Shown here: one piece after another, positions 35,801 through 48,648 of the stretch | Layout: each line of letters opens with the position of its first letter | How positions within the stretch are numbered: position 1 is the stretch's first letter | Assembly: GCF_008831285.2 (NCBI RefSeq) | Contig: NC_045138.2 | Coordinates: 21,886,001-21,950,000, forward strand | DNA: 64,000 nt | Direction of reading: 5' to 3' | DNA from: Nymphaea colorata | Taxonomy: Eukaryota | Notes under the pieces: generated by a model | The model's database searches: none | Told to the model about the DNA's origin: nothing | The model's input: only the letters and a program-made list of their open reading frames with translations | Made by a program: the position numbers and the translations under genes

Positions 35801-38554
35801 TCAAAAATATCAAGATATTGTCACTATGATTTTGGTCTACGATTACCATAGGTTACCATGATAGATGCTGAAATAAATTGTTGAAATACCACCTCCTTTT
35901 ATCGTCTTCAAAACACTATATTGTAGGTTTCAACATCTTTACCTACAAAATGTATAAGCACGGTTACAAATATCATTATGGGGTACCTGACAACGAGGTT
36001 TTTCTCGGATATCTTTTAGCAAGTTATCTTCTTAGGAAAATCCAGCAATTTTTAAAAGTAATGAAAAAAATCCTAAAAATCAGGTAAAAATAAAATAAAT
36101 GAAAAGCTGAGAAGGAGACATAAAAAATAACTAGGATCAAATGATAAAAAATTTGTTTTAATGATCATAAAAATGACGACAAACAATATAATTCAAGTTT
36201 AACATCCAATCCATGATCATGTTAACATTAAAAACAAGGAAAACAGAAAAAAAATGGGAAAAACATGAAACAAATGTAATAACAATGCACTAATTTTTTT
36301 TTCACGTTCTTTTTCAATAGAATGCATACTTTCACCTTTTTCTTGTTTTTCTCATTTTCAACGTTAATATCACTTTTTTTCTTTTCTAAATGCAATATCT
36401 GTCACAATGGCATTAATAAAATCATGAGTCCCAAACAGAGCTGGAGCTGCAGCTACAGTTTGGCTCTGCAGAATTGTGCTTTCAACCACAGCCTGGCCTT
36501 ATATTTGGTGGTAGCTGAAATAAGTGCTGAGAATAAAAGATTCACAAAAATGCCTTTGTGTAATTGCAAAATACAAATGTATCCCAATACGATCTCACGG
36601 ACAAAATGCTCCTGGTTTAGAAACCATAACATATAACAAGCATAGCCTACTGACCACCAACAACATTTTCCTGATATATGTATATGACTCAACAAGATGG
36701 AAGCGACTGAGTGAGAACTAGAAGCAGGAACTGCACAAGAAACCTGCGGTATGGCCTTCCAAAAATACAATAATCTAACAGGAGATAAACAACAGCAAAA
36801 ACCATAAATATGCCATCAACGTACAGAAACATAAGGTACAAAGCCAAATTTTATAAAATTAGTAGAGACATACCCAAGGCCATAAGTAAAGGAAACACTA
36901 GAAACACAAGCATAAAGAGAAGTTAGCAAGCAAAGTAGAAATGGAGGATGCTATAAGAAGCTTGTGAGACATCTGATGAGACCATGTAGATTTCAAAGAA
37001 TTCTTTAGGAAGTGTAATCTGGGCAAAAGAAATAACTTCGTACAGATTTGACGAGGTGAAAAATTCGATGCTCTCAGGAAACGCAATTTAGCAAGCAAAG
37101 TAGAAATGGAAGATAAAATAAAAAGCTAGTGAGACATCTGATGGCACCATGTACAGATTTGTAAGAATTCTTTAGCCTGCAAAGGAAGTAATCTGAAAAA
37201 AAAATAACCCCCTTGATTTGACAAGTACCGAGTGCCAAAGTTCATTGTTCTCTTCTGCAAAATCTTCCAAATAGAGGATGGCAAGGAAACAAGTTTTGCT
37301 TTCAACCAGTGGAAAGATAAACAGAACGGAAGGCAGAACAGAACAGAATCGTCGTTAGGAATGACGACAATTACATCTTATTGTGCGAGAGAGAGAGAGA
37401 GAGAGAGAGATGGTTGCGTAGCATTATTTTGGAATAGGTAGAAAACACCGTTGACGAATTGACCGACCAAACTACGCGTGATAATGAAACTATTGCATAG
37501 AATTGGCCGTCTAAAAAAGAATGCAAGATCGTTTATATAAGTTACAAGCAAATATCTCTAGGAAACGACGAGACCTCTTCCAGACGACACAAGAAAAAGA
37601 TTTGAAAGGGAAAAAAAAGAAGCGGAGAGCCCCACGGTCAACGAATCAACTTCCCTTGCTCATTTCTCACGACTTTGCAGCATTTTAGACAGAAAACCGA
37701 TAACGAAGCAAATATAAGAACTCCCGAAAAAGAAGAGAAAATGAAATGAAATCTAAAGAACCGTTCGCTTTGTCAGCAACACAATCAGGGATGCAGAGAA
37801 GAGATCCAAGGCAAAGAACTCACGATTTGCTGCAGGGAGGTGGACAAGACAGCGACGCAGGCACAGATGAACCCTTTGGCGTTCACCTTGACATCGGTGA
37901 CAGTGCAAACCCCCACTCCTAACACCACCACCAAGACGGAAGCCTTGACCTCCTTGGAGTAGCCCTTGTTATGGAGGATCCACTCCATCACGCAAACGAC
38001 GGGAATCATGCTCAACTTAGAAATCTGCACGAGGAACCCGAGAGAGAATGAGAACTCAGCAGATCTGATCCAGCAAAAGGGAATTCTTTGTGCTCACGTT
38101 CTTCAAGTACAGAAAAGAATGAAATGAACCAGATGGTGACCTGGTAGAATCCCACGGAATTGAGCATAAGGCTGAAATTCATGCCGGTGATCGACATGTT
38201 CGCGACGATGGAGAACCAAAGGAGCTCCCACAAGGGGACGTGCTTGGACGTCGAATAGCCGGTGGCGTTGGAGACGAATCCGACCAATGCCGTCACCGCA
38301 AAATGGAATCCGGTAAGAGAGGTGGCTGCCCACAAACAAAAACTAAGTCTCCCTGGGAAGATCTAAAGAGGGAAGACAGGGAAAAGACGAAGAACATAAA
38401 ACTGAAGAAAAGAAAGGTTACCAAACGAGAAGGCGTATCCGCCAGGAGACATCAATTGCTTGTTGGCCATGATGATCCCCACAGAGCTCACCACATTCAT
38501 GGCCCAGGCTCCCACATCGGAAACCGATGACGTCCTCTTCTCCACCGTCGCCAT
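32822..38554 (-). CDS. URGT: UDP-rhamnose/UDP-galactose transporter (nucleotide-sugar transporter, URGT1/2-like), 5 exons, 346 aa
   Basis: Exons 38554-38422, 38325-38141, 38024-37824, 33466-33305 and 33181-32822, all GT-AG and phase-consistent (133+185+201+162+360=1041 nt). Protein motifs [67 protein letters not shown] and [21 protein letters not shown] are recalled as characteristic of Arabidopsis URGT1/2. Confidence 0.93.
35404..35599. repeat. Approximately 95-bp tandem duplication in URGT intron 3
   Basis: GACATACCCTT.CTAG...GATCTACAAGGCAATTTACATTTA...CTTGAATAATA occurs twice in succession. Confidence 0.8.
36922..37175. repeat. Diverged local duplication in URGT intron 3
   Basis: TTAGCAAGCAAAGTAGAAATGGA...GTGAGACATCTGATG...AAGAATTCTTTAG at about 36922 and 37088. 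Confidence 0.75.
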
Positions 38555-40791
38555 GGAAGACAGCAGCCACCACCACCTCCTCCTCCTCCCTGAATTCCAA
38601 ACACCCACCGACACAAACACGCACCCAGCAAAGACTCGATCTAAGAAAGCAAAATTATGGAGTACCCCACTTATGTCTCCATGAAAAAAGGCCCAACAGC
38701 AAGCGTAAAGGAGAAGAAGAAACACGAAGGCCGAGGCGAGGGCTTCCTTCCTTTGCCTCCTCTTCCGTCTTCACCTCGCTAAGCCACAGGGCAAGAGAGA
38801 GAGGGGATCTCTCTGGGAACCTCTCTCTCTCTCCCTTCCTTTTCACTCTCTCTCCCGCTTCCTTGGTTATTTATGAGCGACGTCCTTCAGAATTCGCGGC
38901 CGATATTGCATAGAAAAAACGCTTTTATGCATTCGAGAGCCGCTCAACCAAGGAAATTACAGATCCATAGTACACGGTTCTTCCGCTTCAGTTTTTCTTT
39001 ATTACTCTTGGACAACGAGAGAAGCGGTAGAAACAAACGAAGAAACAAAGAGAAGAAGGAGAATGGGGTCGATGGTAGTCGGTAGATCTCGTTCGTTTTC
39101 CCCGGAGGGAGAGAAAAAGAAAAGCGGTCAGAGATTCGGAAAAAGAAAAAAATTCAAAAGGATAGAGAGAGTTAAGACGGCTGCAACTTCCATGCGTCCC
39201 TGGGTCTTGGGGATTTCACCGCAGGGGGGCAGGTAATTGTTGAGAGGTGCGTGGAAGGAGCCGGCGCCCGTGTGAAGAAAGAAGCGCGTCAATTTTGGGA
39301 TCGCCCGCCGTCGCCTCTGAAAATGAGAACTGAGTCAAGCTGTGTTTGGCTCCCCTCCACCGGAAGAAAACTGAGTCAAAGCAGTGTTTGGCTCACCGTC
39401 CGCTTGACAGCAACGCCACTCGCAGTTCCTGTTTCCCAAAATTTTCAGGGCCAAAGACGAGAAGCGATTATAGTGCCTTGAGCAGCAAAAATAAAATTCT
39501 ATCATTTTAAGAAAATGTGAAAAGGGTGAATCATTTGCAAAACTTCTAGTTTGTGTTTGTTCTACTCAAATCTGCTGTGACCTTCTTCATTGGACTTTAA
39601 ATCTATGATTTTTTACTTTTAAATCTATAGTTTTTAACATATAGCTTAGATTTAAAATCCATGTTATTGACATCCTCGGTTTGTGTTTAAATACACCTTT
39701 TTATGCAGCTTCCAATCTAAATCCGATTCTATCAAACACAAACTTGTCTTTGTCTTGAATGGTATGTTAAAATGTTGTTTTCCAAACACAGCAAAAAGTC
39801 TTTTTGCTTTGAGAATGCTGTTGAAAACTTGGTCCCGCCAAGTTCTTTACTCAAATCTGTTTTGGGTGTGTCATCTAAACACACAAACAAAATTTTAAAA
39901 ACAGAGTCAAAACTTCATTTTTACAAGACTTTTTTTCTATCCAAAAGCTGCTGAAATTTTAGAGTTGTTTTATAAAAAAGGAGTTAGAATGCCATTCTCA
40001 AAGGTGCTCTAACTTGTTAGATTTAATTTGATTATTTTAAAAGTGCAATTTTATTTCGATTTGGAATTCCTTCTTAAGTTGCTTCCACCATTAGTTGTAC
40101 TATATAATGACTAATTGGTGACTAATTCATGAAAAGGTCCAACTTACAAATGACCAATACCAATGAGAGAGAAATGACAATAAATGTATAAATATGACCC
40201 ACAGAAAAATAATCATGAAAATGATGGAATCTTATGTTTAGCTCTACAAAAATGAACTGGCCTGGCCTACCTCTTAATTTATAAGGAATTGAATTGCTCT
40301 TTAATAGACGACAAATTTTTTATGGTTTTGAATTGCATGTAAGTTGATAACACATTTTGTGTGGTTGAAAAAGTTAAATGACAAGATAATTATAAAAGGA
40401 AAGAATTTATTTTTCTTTAGAATGAGCAAAAGGATTCTGATCCACTGTCAAGGAATTAGCCCAAGGCCACCTATCCTTGTATTAACAATGGCAGCAGTGC
40501 ACTCTTCTACTTAAGTACCATACCTATCATTTAAGAAACAGAAACATGGCACCCATAAAAATAAAACTAGATATATGTCGCTTTACATGCCCTGAATATG
40601 ACAAATTACATCATGCCTCTTGAGGCAAAAAAAAAAATCATTAATCTAATAAAAGAAAAAGGGACTACCTAAAGGGAAAAATGAAAATAAAATCCAAAGC
40701 TCCATCATTGGTGGCACTTCCATTTAACAAACGCCCCCTCAAGGACTCTATTCATGTGCTTTTGGCAAATGGAATCCACGATTTCTTCTAC

Positions 40792-40880
40792 AGGGCATAG
40801 CTCAGTTAGTCAGGCTAGAGATATGTTAATGACACATCTCTAACTCGATTGTCATGGGTGCTATGTTTTTATAATAAAAA
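40792..40880 (+). mobile_element. Possible decayed tRNA-derived SINE
   Basis: A-box-like TAGCTCAGTTAG, degenerate B-box-like AACTCGATT, A-rich tail; no cloverleaf and no clear TSD. Confidence 0.35.
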
Positions 40881-41560
40881 TATTTGAAAATATTATACCA
40901 CTTAACATATTGGTTCTACACCAAACTCAACCCAGTCGAAAACCCTGAGGCGCAATGGAGGGGCTTTCATTCTCTTGTCCAAACAGTGGGTTGTAATTTT
41001 TCAGCTGACCCTCAAAGTTAAAACGATGAGTATCTTTCTGATGCAATCGGGCTGGGTTTCCTCTTCCATTGATACTGAGAAAGAATACAAAGAATTGAAA
41101 AAAAAGAAGAAGAAATATACAGATCATGCCAGAATAATAGGCTTCAGCTAGGCCTCAAAACTTTCTTGCTCGATCAGCAAAGAGATAACATCTGCAGAAT
41201 GATACTCCTTAACAACATTGAGTAAGATCCTCCTATCTTTCACTTAGATTCTTGAGATGGAAACTCAGCAAGTAACGGTTTGTGCAAAAGGAAACAGAAA
41301 CGTTTCCAGAAAAAGCTCCTTTAAGCAATGAATCCATAAAGCTAAGCAACCCTCAAAGATTGTCTCGCTACATCACTAAATTGTGTTTATGAACAGAAGT
41401 AACAAATGACCTGAAACCATGATCAAATGTGCTTCCAGATGTCTCTAGGAAGGAGAAAAGAAGGTGTGACTGATCTTCAATGGCCTTGCCACACAGTTTG
41501 CAAACAAAAGCAATAGCATATCCCACCGCTGCAACCTGGCTTCAGTAGGAAGGTGCTGGC

Positions 41561-42034
41561 TGCAAGATCATTTGGTGGGCCGACATATGTCTACGAGGAA
41601 TTTCAGACATTATGGCTGTCTTAAGGTAAATATCCATTTAAGTGATTGCATTTTTGGGATATTACGTCATTTTAGATTGTATGGGGTAATTTTGAAATGT
41701 ATAGATACCAGTACGCAATTACGGACTCTTTGATGGGTGGAATCTGTAATTGCCCTTAATATAAAAAGGTAGTGGTCCCTGGGGTCGTGCAATTGTTGCC
41801 TGAAACGTTGGTTTCTAGGGTTTTCCTCTTCCCCATCTGAGAGAGACCTCACGTGCGCCGCAAAGACCCTGGAAGATCCTACCGCGATCTACCGTCCAGT
41901 TCTTCATATGGATTCAGGTATCCTTTTGCTACAGTTAAGTTTAAGGTTTTGTTTAATTCAATGATTTAGCATGAGCATAATCCTGTTTTAGGGCATATCA
42001 TTTTGTGTATACATGGAGGGGAGAAATCCCAACA
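41561..42034 (+). repeat. 5' LTR of copia element 3 (474 bp)
   Basis: TGCAAGAT...CCCAACA; TATAAAA at 41760-41766. Confidence 0.95.
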
Positions 42035-42699
42035 ATTGGTATCAGAGCCCATGTTCATTGTTCAATCCTTGATTTTTTGATTTTTTTTTTTGTGCGTTCT
42101 TCCCGTTCGGATGTTCCCCATTTGGTTTTTCGGCTGCATTGGGCGAACAACGGAAGCCGTCAGGCTTCCATTGCAGCCATAAATGGAAAAGGGAAGGGGA
42201 CGCAAGGATCAGCGGGCGTCGGTCACCATTTGGCGATGGCGGACCTCCGGCCGTTGGGGGCGTCCCTGCCGGTAGCCATCTACGCCGTTGGGTGGCCTGC
42301 GGTGCCATCTATGCCTCTGTTGCAGCCGCAGAAGAAGGGAAAAGGGGCACGACGGCAGGGAGGGCGAGGGCCGGTCGGTAAGTCACCGAACGGGGCTGTG
42401 CGACCCTCCGGCGCCCTCCCATGGTCTCCGGCGACCCACCAGTGACTTTCCCGCTGCCGTTTTCCACCTCACACAAAAGGGGAAAGGGGCAGATTTCAAT
42501 CGGGACGGACGATGCCAAATCAAGCCGGTTTTCAGTGGGCGACGGCCGGCCGTCCTGGCGGCACCCGCCGGTGGCCACCCACGAAGTTGGGTGGCCTACC
42601 GGTGGAAGACCACCACCCGCGACCGCTCGCGCGGTCGAGCGGGCGGGTCGGACCGGGTCGGGTCTTGACAGACCCGATCCGGATCCATCAGTTTAAAAA

Positions 42700-43085
42700 A
42701 AAAAAACTGGTTCGGACCGGGTCGGGTTCATTAAGTTTAGAACCGGTTCGGACCTTTTGGGACCGGTTCAGATTTTTTGGGGACCGATTCGTATCTTTTC
42801 GAACCGATTCAGACCCTTTTCAGACCGGTTAAGTTGTTTTCAGACCGATTCAACCTGATTCAGTACCAGTTCGAACCTTTCGGAACCGATTCGGACCATT
42901 TTGGGACCGGTTCATTCAGTTTTGGAACCGATCGGGCCTTCCAGAACCGATTCTGTTGATTTTCAAACCGGTTCAAGGCTTTTCAGACCGGTTTATTCAG
43001 TTTTTTAACTGATTTTAGCCACTTTTTATCGGTCCAGTGGGTTTTGGAACCGATACGGTCTATTTTTTGACCGGTTCGTCCAATT
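42700..43085. repeat. Degenerate ACCGGTTC/ACCGATTC short-repeat tract in the element 3 leader
   Basis: (G/A)ACCG(G/A)TTC recurs roughly every 20 nt, following a GC-rich block at about 42140-42690. Confidence 0.8.
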
Positions 43086-43870
43086 TTTAAACTCGTTCAG
43101 TCCTATTTAGGGCTATGTGGGTGTTTTAGTTGTGGTTTACGAACGATACGAGCCATTTTAAGGCTGATTCAGTGGTTCTTGACCCACTTAAGCGTGATTT
43201 TGGTACCAGTTTATAAAATTTTGGACTCTTTTGGGCCCATATCATTGAATCATTTGGTTTTGGATTCAATGTAAGGCAATTTTGTATATGTCGCATCATT
43301 GAATCATTTGGTTTTGGATTTAATGTAGGGCAAACTTGTATGTGAGTTTGGTTTATGCATCATGTTTTGCATGTTGTTAATTTGTGGGTGTACTTTAGAT
43401 GAATGTTTCGATTATGAATTTGATCTTTGGTCATGTCTGTCGTTTGAAATGAGTAAGTTTGTACTTTATGTCGCTAAAGTGACCTCTGTTGTATGAATTT
43501 GTCTGTTTTGAACATTGGATGATAGTATATTTAATCCATGCGAGCAATGATCAACCCAAAGGAGGACTGTTGTTTGGTCAGGTTTAAGTATACAGGGCAA
43601 TGAATATATGATAATTTTTCAGGTTTCCATGTAAATACCTAGTCAATCCAAAGATAGGCTCGCTGTTTGACAAGGTTAATTATCTATATTCATTGTTGAC
43701 CAAGAATACCACTTGCAGTTAATATTTTAATTCAAAAATTGGATATTAGCATTGCACCGATACCTTGTGATGGGATTTGGGCCATTGTATTTAAATTCAT
43801 TTATATTTGTTATTTCAACTTTGTACATGTATTGATTGTGAGCATGTTTGGTATTTTATTCTTTGTACAG

Positions 43871-46603
43871 TGAGTTCTGCTTCCATAATATCTGCAAATT
43901 TGAGTACTATTCCTGAGTTAAATGGTTCGAATTTTAAGGACTGGAAAAAAACTGTCATGATTGTTCTAGGTTGTATGGATCTAGACCTTGCATTTAGGGA
44001 ATCGTGCCCACCTCATCCAACAGATCAAAGTTCCCATGAGGATAAGCGGTACTTTGAACGGTGGGAACGCTCAAACCGCATGTGTCTAATGATCATGAAG
44101 AGATCAATCCCAAAAAATTTTAGGGGCTCTATTACTGAAAAGGCTAGTGCCAAGGCGTTCCTTGAAGAGATTGAAAAGCGTTTTGCTAAAAATGAAAAGG
44201 CTGAAACAAGCACACTTTTGAGTAAACTTGTGATGCAGAAGTATAAAGGCAATGGGAACATACGGAAGCACATTATGGAAATGTCTCATCTTGCTTCAAA
44301 ATTACAGGCGCTAGGTCTGAGGTTACCTGAAGACTTTATAGTGCATATGGTTCTTCTTTCTCTTCCACCACAGTTTGGACAGTTTAAAATTAGTTATAAC
44401 TGTCAGAATGAGAAATGGACTCTTAATGAGCTCATTTCGCACTTTGTGGAAGAAGATGAGAGATTGAAGCATGATAAAATAAAAAGTACCCACTTGGCTA
44501 CTATGCTTAAAAGTAAGAAAAGAAATGTTATGAAGGAAGTTGCATTTGATCACGCATCCATCAAGAAACAAAAGAAGCAAAAGGAAAGTAAATGAGGCTG
44601 CTTCTTTTGCAAGGATGAAGGTCATATGAAGAAGGATTGTATTAAATATCACGCATGGCGTGAAAAAAAAGGTACGATTCTCACTTTGGTTTGTTCTGAG
44701 GTTAATTTAATTTCAGTACCAAGACACTTGGTGGGTAGATTCGGTTGCTACTACTCACATAAGTGTTTCTATGCAGGGCTGCCTAAATTGTCGGACGACA
44801 ATTGATGCTGAAAGATTCATCTATGTGGGCGATAACAAGAAGGGAAGGTTGAAGCCATAGCAGATTTTTGGTTATTATTAAAGACTGATTGTTATTTGAA
44901 TTTGACAGAAACTTATGTAATATCGTCTTTTAGACGGAATTTGATTTTTTATTTCTTTACTGGACAAATTTGGTTATTATTGTTCATTTGGAGGAAGTAA
45001 ATTTAAGTTGTTTCTGCATTCAAATTTGATTTCCACTGATTCTTTGTCTGGTTGCAATAACCTCTATTTGTTTGATACGTTTGCTTCATATAATGAAACT
45101 TTGCATGTTACGTCTAGTGGTACTAAAAGTAAATTAGCCAATGAGAATTCTGTTATGTTGTGGCATAGGCACTTAGGACAAATCTCTGAAAAGAGAATAA
45201 AAGGCTTATGTCGAATAGAATTCTTGAGTCCCTTGATTTTGTAGACTTTAATGTTTGCATTGTATGTATAAAGGGAAAATGAACAAACATTAAGGGGTTA
45301 TAAGTTTTATGATCCATCCAGTAAGTCTTTCTTTGAAACAAGAACACTTAATTTTTGAGGATATTGAGTTTGGGGAGGTGAGCAGGTTAGAACATTGCCT
45401 ATGAAAAGGAACCTGAGTCCACTCATACGGATGTTGTAAGCAATAGCCAGGTATTCATTCCTGACATTGTTCCATCAACATATTCAGAACAAGGCAATGA
45501 TGTCGATCTCCCTACTGAAAAACAAACTCAACAACCTAAAGAAAATTAAGTAGAGGGGTCACTAAGGAAATCCATATATGGACTAAAGCAAGCTTTCCAG
45601 TCAATGGTATTACAAATTTCACCAAGTTATAGTTTCATTTGGTGTCGAAACTAATATGGTTGATGAATGTGTGTACCAAAAATTCAGTGGGGGCAAATTT
45701 ATCTTTCTGATTTTATATGTCGATGCTATATTATTGGCAAGTAATGATGTGGGCATATTGCATGAAACTAAGAATTTTTTGTCAACAAAGTTTGACATGA
45801 AGGATCTTGGTTGTGCATCTTTGGTATTGGGGATCCAAATATTTCAAGATCATTCTCGAGGTATTCTTGGATTATCACAAAATGCCTACATTGATAAGGT
45901 GCTTCAACGATATGACATGAAAGATTGTAAACCAGGAGATACTTCAGTTGCTAAAGGAGACAAGTTTAGTCTCAAACAGTGTCCTAAAAATGAAATCGAA
46001 TCTAAGGAAATGGAAAAGATTTCATATTCGTATGTTGTGGGATACCTTTATGTATGCTCAGGTTTGTACTCGTTTGGATATTGCATTTATCGTTGGAATG
46101 TTGCAGATACTTAGGTGATCCTGATATGGATCATTGGAAAGCAGCCAAAAAGAGTTTTGATGTACTTACAAAAAACATAAGATTTTATGCTCACATACAG
46201 GAAGTCAGACCAGTTGGAGATCATTGAGTATTCGGATTATGACTTTGCTGGGTGCCAAGACAGTAGCATAGCATGTTACGAGGCATCCAATCATGCTTTG
46301 TGGTTGCGGAATTTTGTCACAGAGCTGCGCATTGTGAGTGGTGTAGAAAGACCACTAAGGTTGTTGTGTGACAATAATTCAGCAGTCATATACTCTTATA
46401 ACAGCCGCAGTTTGTCAAAGTCGAAGCACATCGACCTAAGTTTTGGGTTGTTAAAGAGATGACACAGAATGGTCAAGTGTCTTTAGAGCATTGGGACAAA
46501 CTCTATGATTGCGGATCCGCTTACTAAGAGTTTAACACATAAGGTCTTTCACGAACATGTTGTTCGTATGAGAGTGTTATCCTTGGATGATGTGCTGGTT
46601 TAG
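43871..46603 (+). pseudogene. copia gag-pol remnant of element 3
   Basis: gag ORF to the stop at 44595, then in-frame CFFCKDEGHMKKDC; WWVDS(V)ATTH-like protease; LWHRHLGQIS pre-integrase; SIYGLKQA and YVDA(I)LL RT; YSDYDFAGC and SKHID RNase H; many stops, frameshifts and internal deletions. Confidence 0.9.
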
Positions 46604-47001
46604 TGGGAGTTTGTATTTTGTTCGCTCTTATATATAGACATATATTCAGTTTTCTGCAGAATAAAGTTTAAATTTCTTTGGTTCCATTCTGTGTTTATGT
46701 GTTTATGTTTTGATCTTCATAAGGTTTTAAAGTTAGACCAGTTGAGAATAGACATGTTGTAATCACATTACATGTAATTCTCATGCTATACATCCATATT
46801 AGATCTATGTCATTGGTTGTGTTAACATTTGTGATCATTGAAGGTCTAATTTTAATATAGCGAAAGCCGCTTTGGTTCTGTGTTGATATGATCATGGACG
46901 AGATTGGTGAAAATGACGTTTAATAAGATAGCAGTTATGAGCTCCTAAGGTTTTATGTAATGTCTGAATGTATAAAGACATATTTGGCTCAAGTGGGAGA
47001 T

Positions 47002-47474
47002 TGTAAAATCATTTGGTGGGCCGGCATATGTCTATGAGGAATTTCAGACATTATGGTTGTCTTAAGGTAAATATCCGCTTAAATGATTGCGTTTTGGGAT
47101 ATTATGTCATTTTAGATGGTATGGGGTAATTTTGAAATGTATAGATACCAGTACGCAATTACGGACTCTTTGATGGGTGCAACCTGTAATTGCCCTTAAT
47201 ATAAAATGGTAGTGGTCCCTGGGGTCGTGCAATAGTTGCCTGAAACGTTGGTTTCTAGGGTTTTCCTCTTTCCCATCTGAAAGAGACCTCACATGCGCTG
47301 CAAAGACCCTGAAAGATCCTACCGTGATCTACCGTCCAGTTCTTCAGATAGATTCATGTACGCTTCCACTACAATTAAGTTTAAGGTTTTGTTTAATTCA
47401 ATGATTTAGCATGAGCATGATCTTGTTTTAGGGCATATCGTTTTTTTTATGCATGAAGGGGAGAAATCCCAACA
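47002..47474 (+). repeat. 3' LTR of copia element 3 (473 bp)
   Basis: TGTAAAAT...CCCAACA, followed by TSD CTGGC. Confidence 0.95.
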
Positions 47475-48334
47475 CTGGCAAGTTGCACACAAAAGAAAAC
47501 CAATTGGCTCTAAGGATGGAAGTTTTAATCCATAGTCTGCTTCTTGGATTCTAGCCCTCTCACACTTACATGATTCCAGACCTCTCCTGAACTTCACTTT
47601 CTTATAGTTTCCTTTAAAACTAAGGAAATCCTTGCCCTGCGAAATACGGTCTTCAATACATTGAATGTGTCTCCATTGATGTAATTTTCCATGACGGAGA
47701 GTTAATATTGCCCTGACTGTTTTATGCAGTAAAACCTGAACCTCACCATATATATCCATAAGAACTTCAAATTCTTGTTTAAGACAACAGACTTATTTTC
47801 AATACTATTAAGGAATGAAAGAGGAGATGATGGCTGTTAATCACTAAAGCATTAAAGACATCGGACGCCACTGTCACGACTCTGTGAAGCATGGCAGCCT
47901 GTAAAAAATTCCATAAACCTATCGTATGCTTTCGATAGGTCAACCTTTACACGTAAACTTGGAGACTTACCCTTGACATTGCATGAACCAGAAAAAGCAC
48001 TGATGAATATTCATGTCCTTCAAGAAAGCTCCCTGCTCGTTAGATATAACTCTATTCAAGATCTTTTTCATTCTAAGAACTATAATCCTAGATATAAATT
48101 TCAGCACACTGTTCTCAAGAGCAATTGGCTTGAAATTAGAAATGTGTACAGCAGCATTTGATTTAGGAATTAACATCAGATGACTTTTGCCAAATATTTA
48201 TTCTACCTCGAATCCGAGTTTTGCTTCTAAACAAACTTCCCATTTTGGAAAAAAAAATCTCCGATGGCCTTACTCACTGATGTCCCCACAGTATCTCAGT
48301 TCTTTTGAAACAATGCATTTGAAAAACCACCCAT

Positions 48335-48648
48335 TAAGCCTGTGCATCGGGCTTGCCCTGCCCGGACCGACCCCCGACCATTCAATCTCGAGCCAGAGCC
48401 CGGCCCGACCATGAAAACCCAAGCCTGAACTAGGTTCGATTAAATTAAAAAATATATATAAAATAATATATAAATATAATTAATCATAATAAAATATTAT
48501 ATTTATATGTAAAAAATTAATAAAATAAATATTTAAAAATTTATCAAGCCTGCCTGAGCTTAGGTGCCCATTTTCAGGGCCAGGCTCAGCCATTTTCAGG
48601 GCCAGGCTCGGGTACTCACCGGCAGGCCAGGGCCGGTGCCTAGCCTTA
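48335..48648. mobile_element. hAT-type MITE (GGCCCG-rich family) inserted in the LINE remnant
   Basis: TAAGCCTGTGCATCGGGC...CCGGTGCCTAGCCTTA; flanks CCACCCAT/GTGCCCAT (partial TSD). Confidence 0.75.

Larger units (their letters stand above)
41561..47474 (+). mobile_element. Ty1/copia LTR retrotransposon (probably Ikeros/Sto-4-like), multiply deleted, inactivated
   Basis: LTRs 41561-42034 and 47002-47474 (TG...CA, about 38 differences by eye); TSD CTGGC (41556-41560, 47475-47479); PBS TGGTATCAGAGC at 42037-42048; PPT AAGTGGGAGA at 46991-47000. The lineage is inferred from gag NGSNFKDWK..VMIVLGCMDLDLA and is less certain than the element call. Confidence 0.95.

Noticed and set aside
40792..40870. 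tRNA gene
   Set aside because: Has an A-box-like start but no T-arm GTTCRA and no acceptor stem; kept only as a low-confidence SINE remnant.
42005..42959. Several overlapping ORFs in both orientations
   Set aside because: Expected in a GC-rich, low-complexity retrotransposon leader; no recognisable domains.
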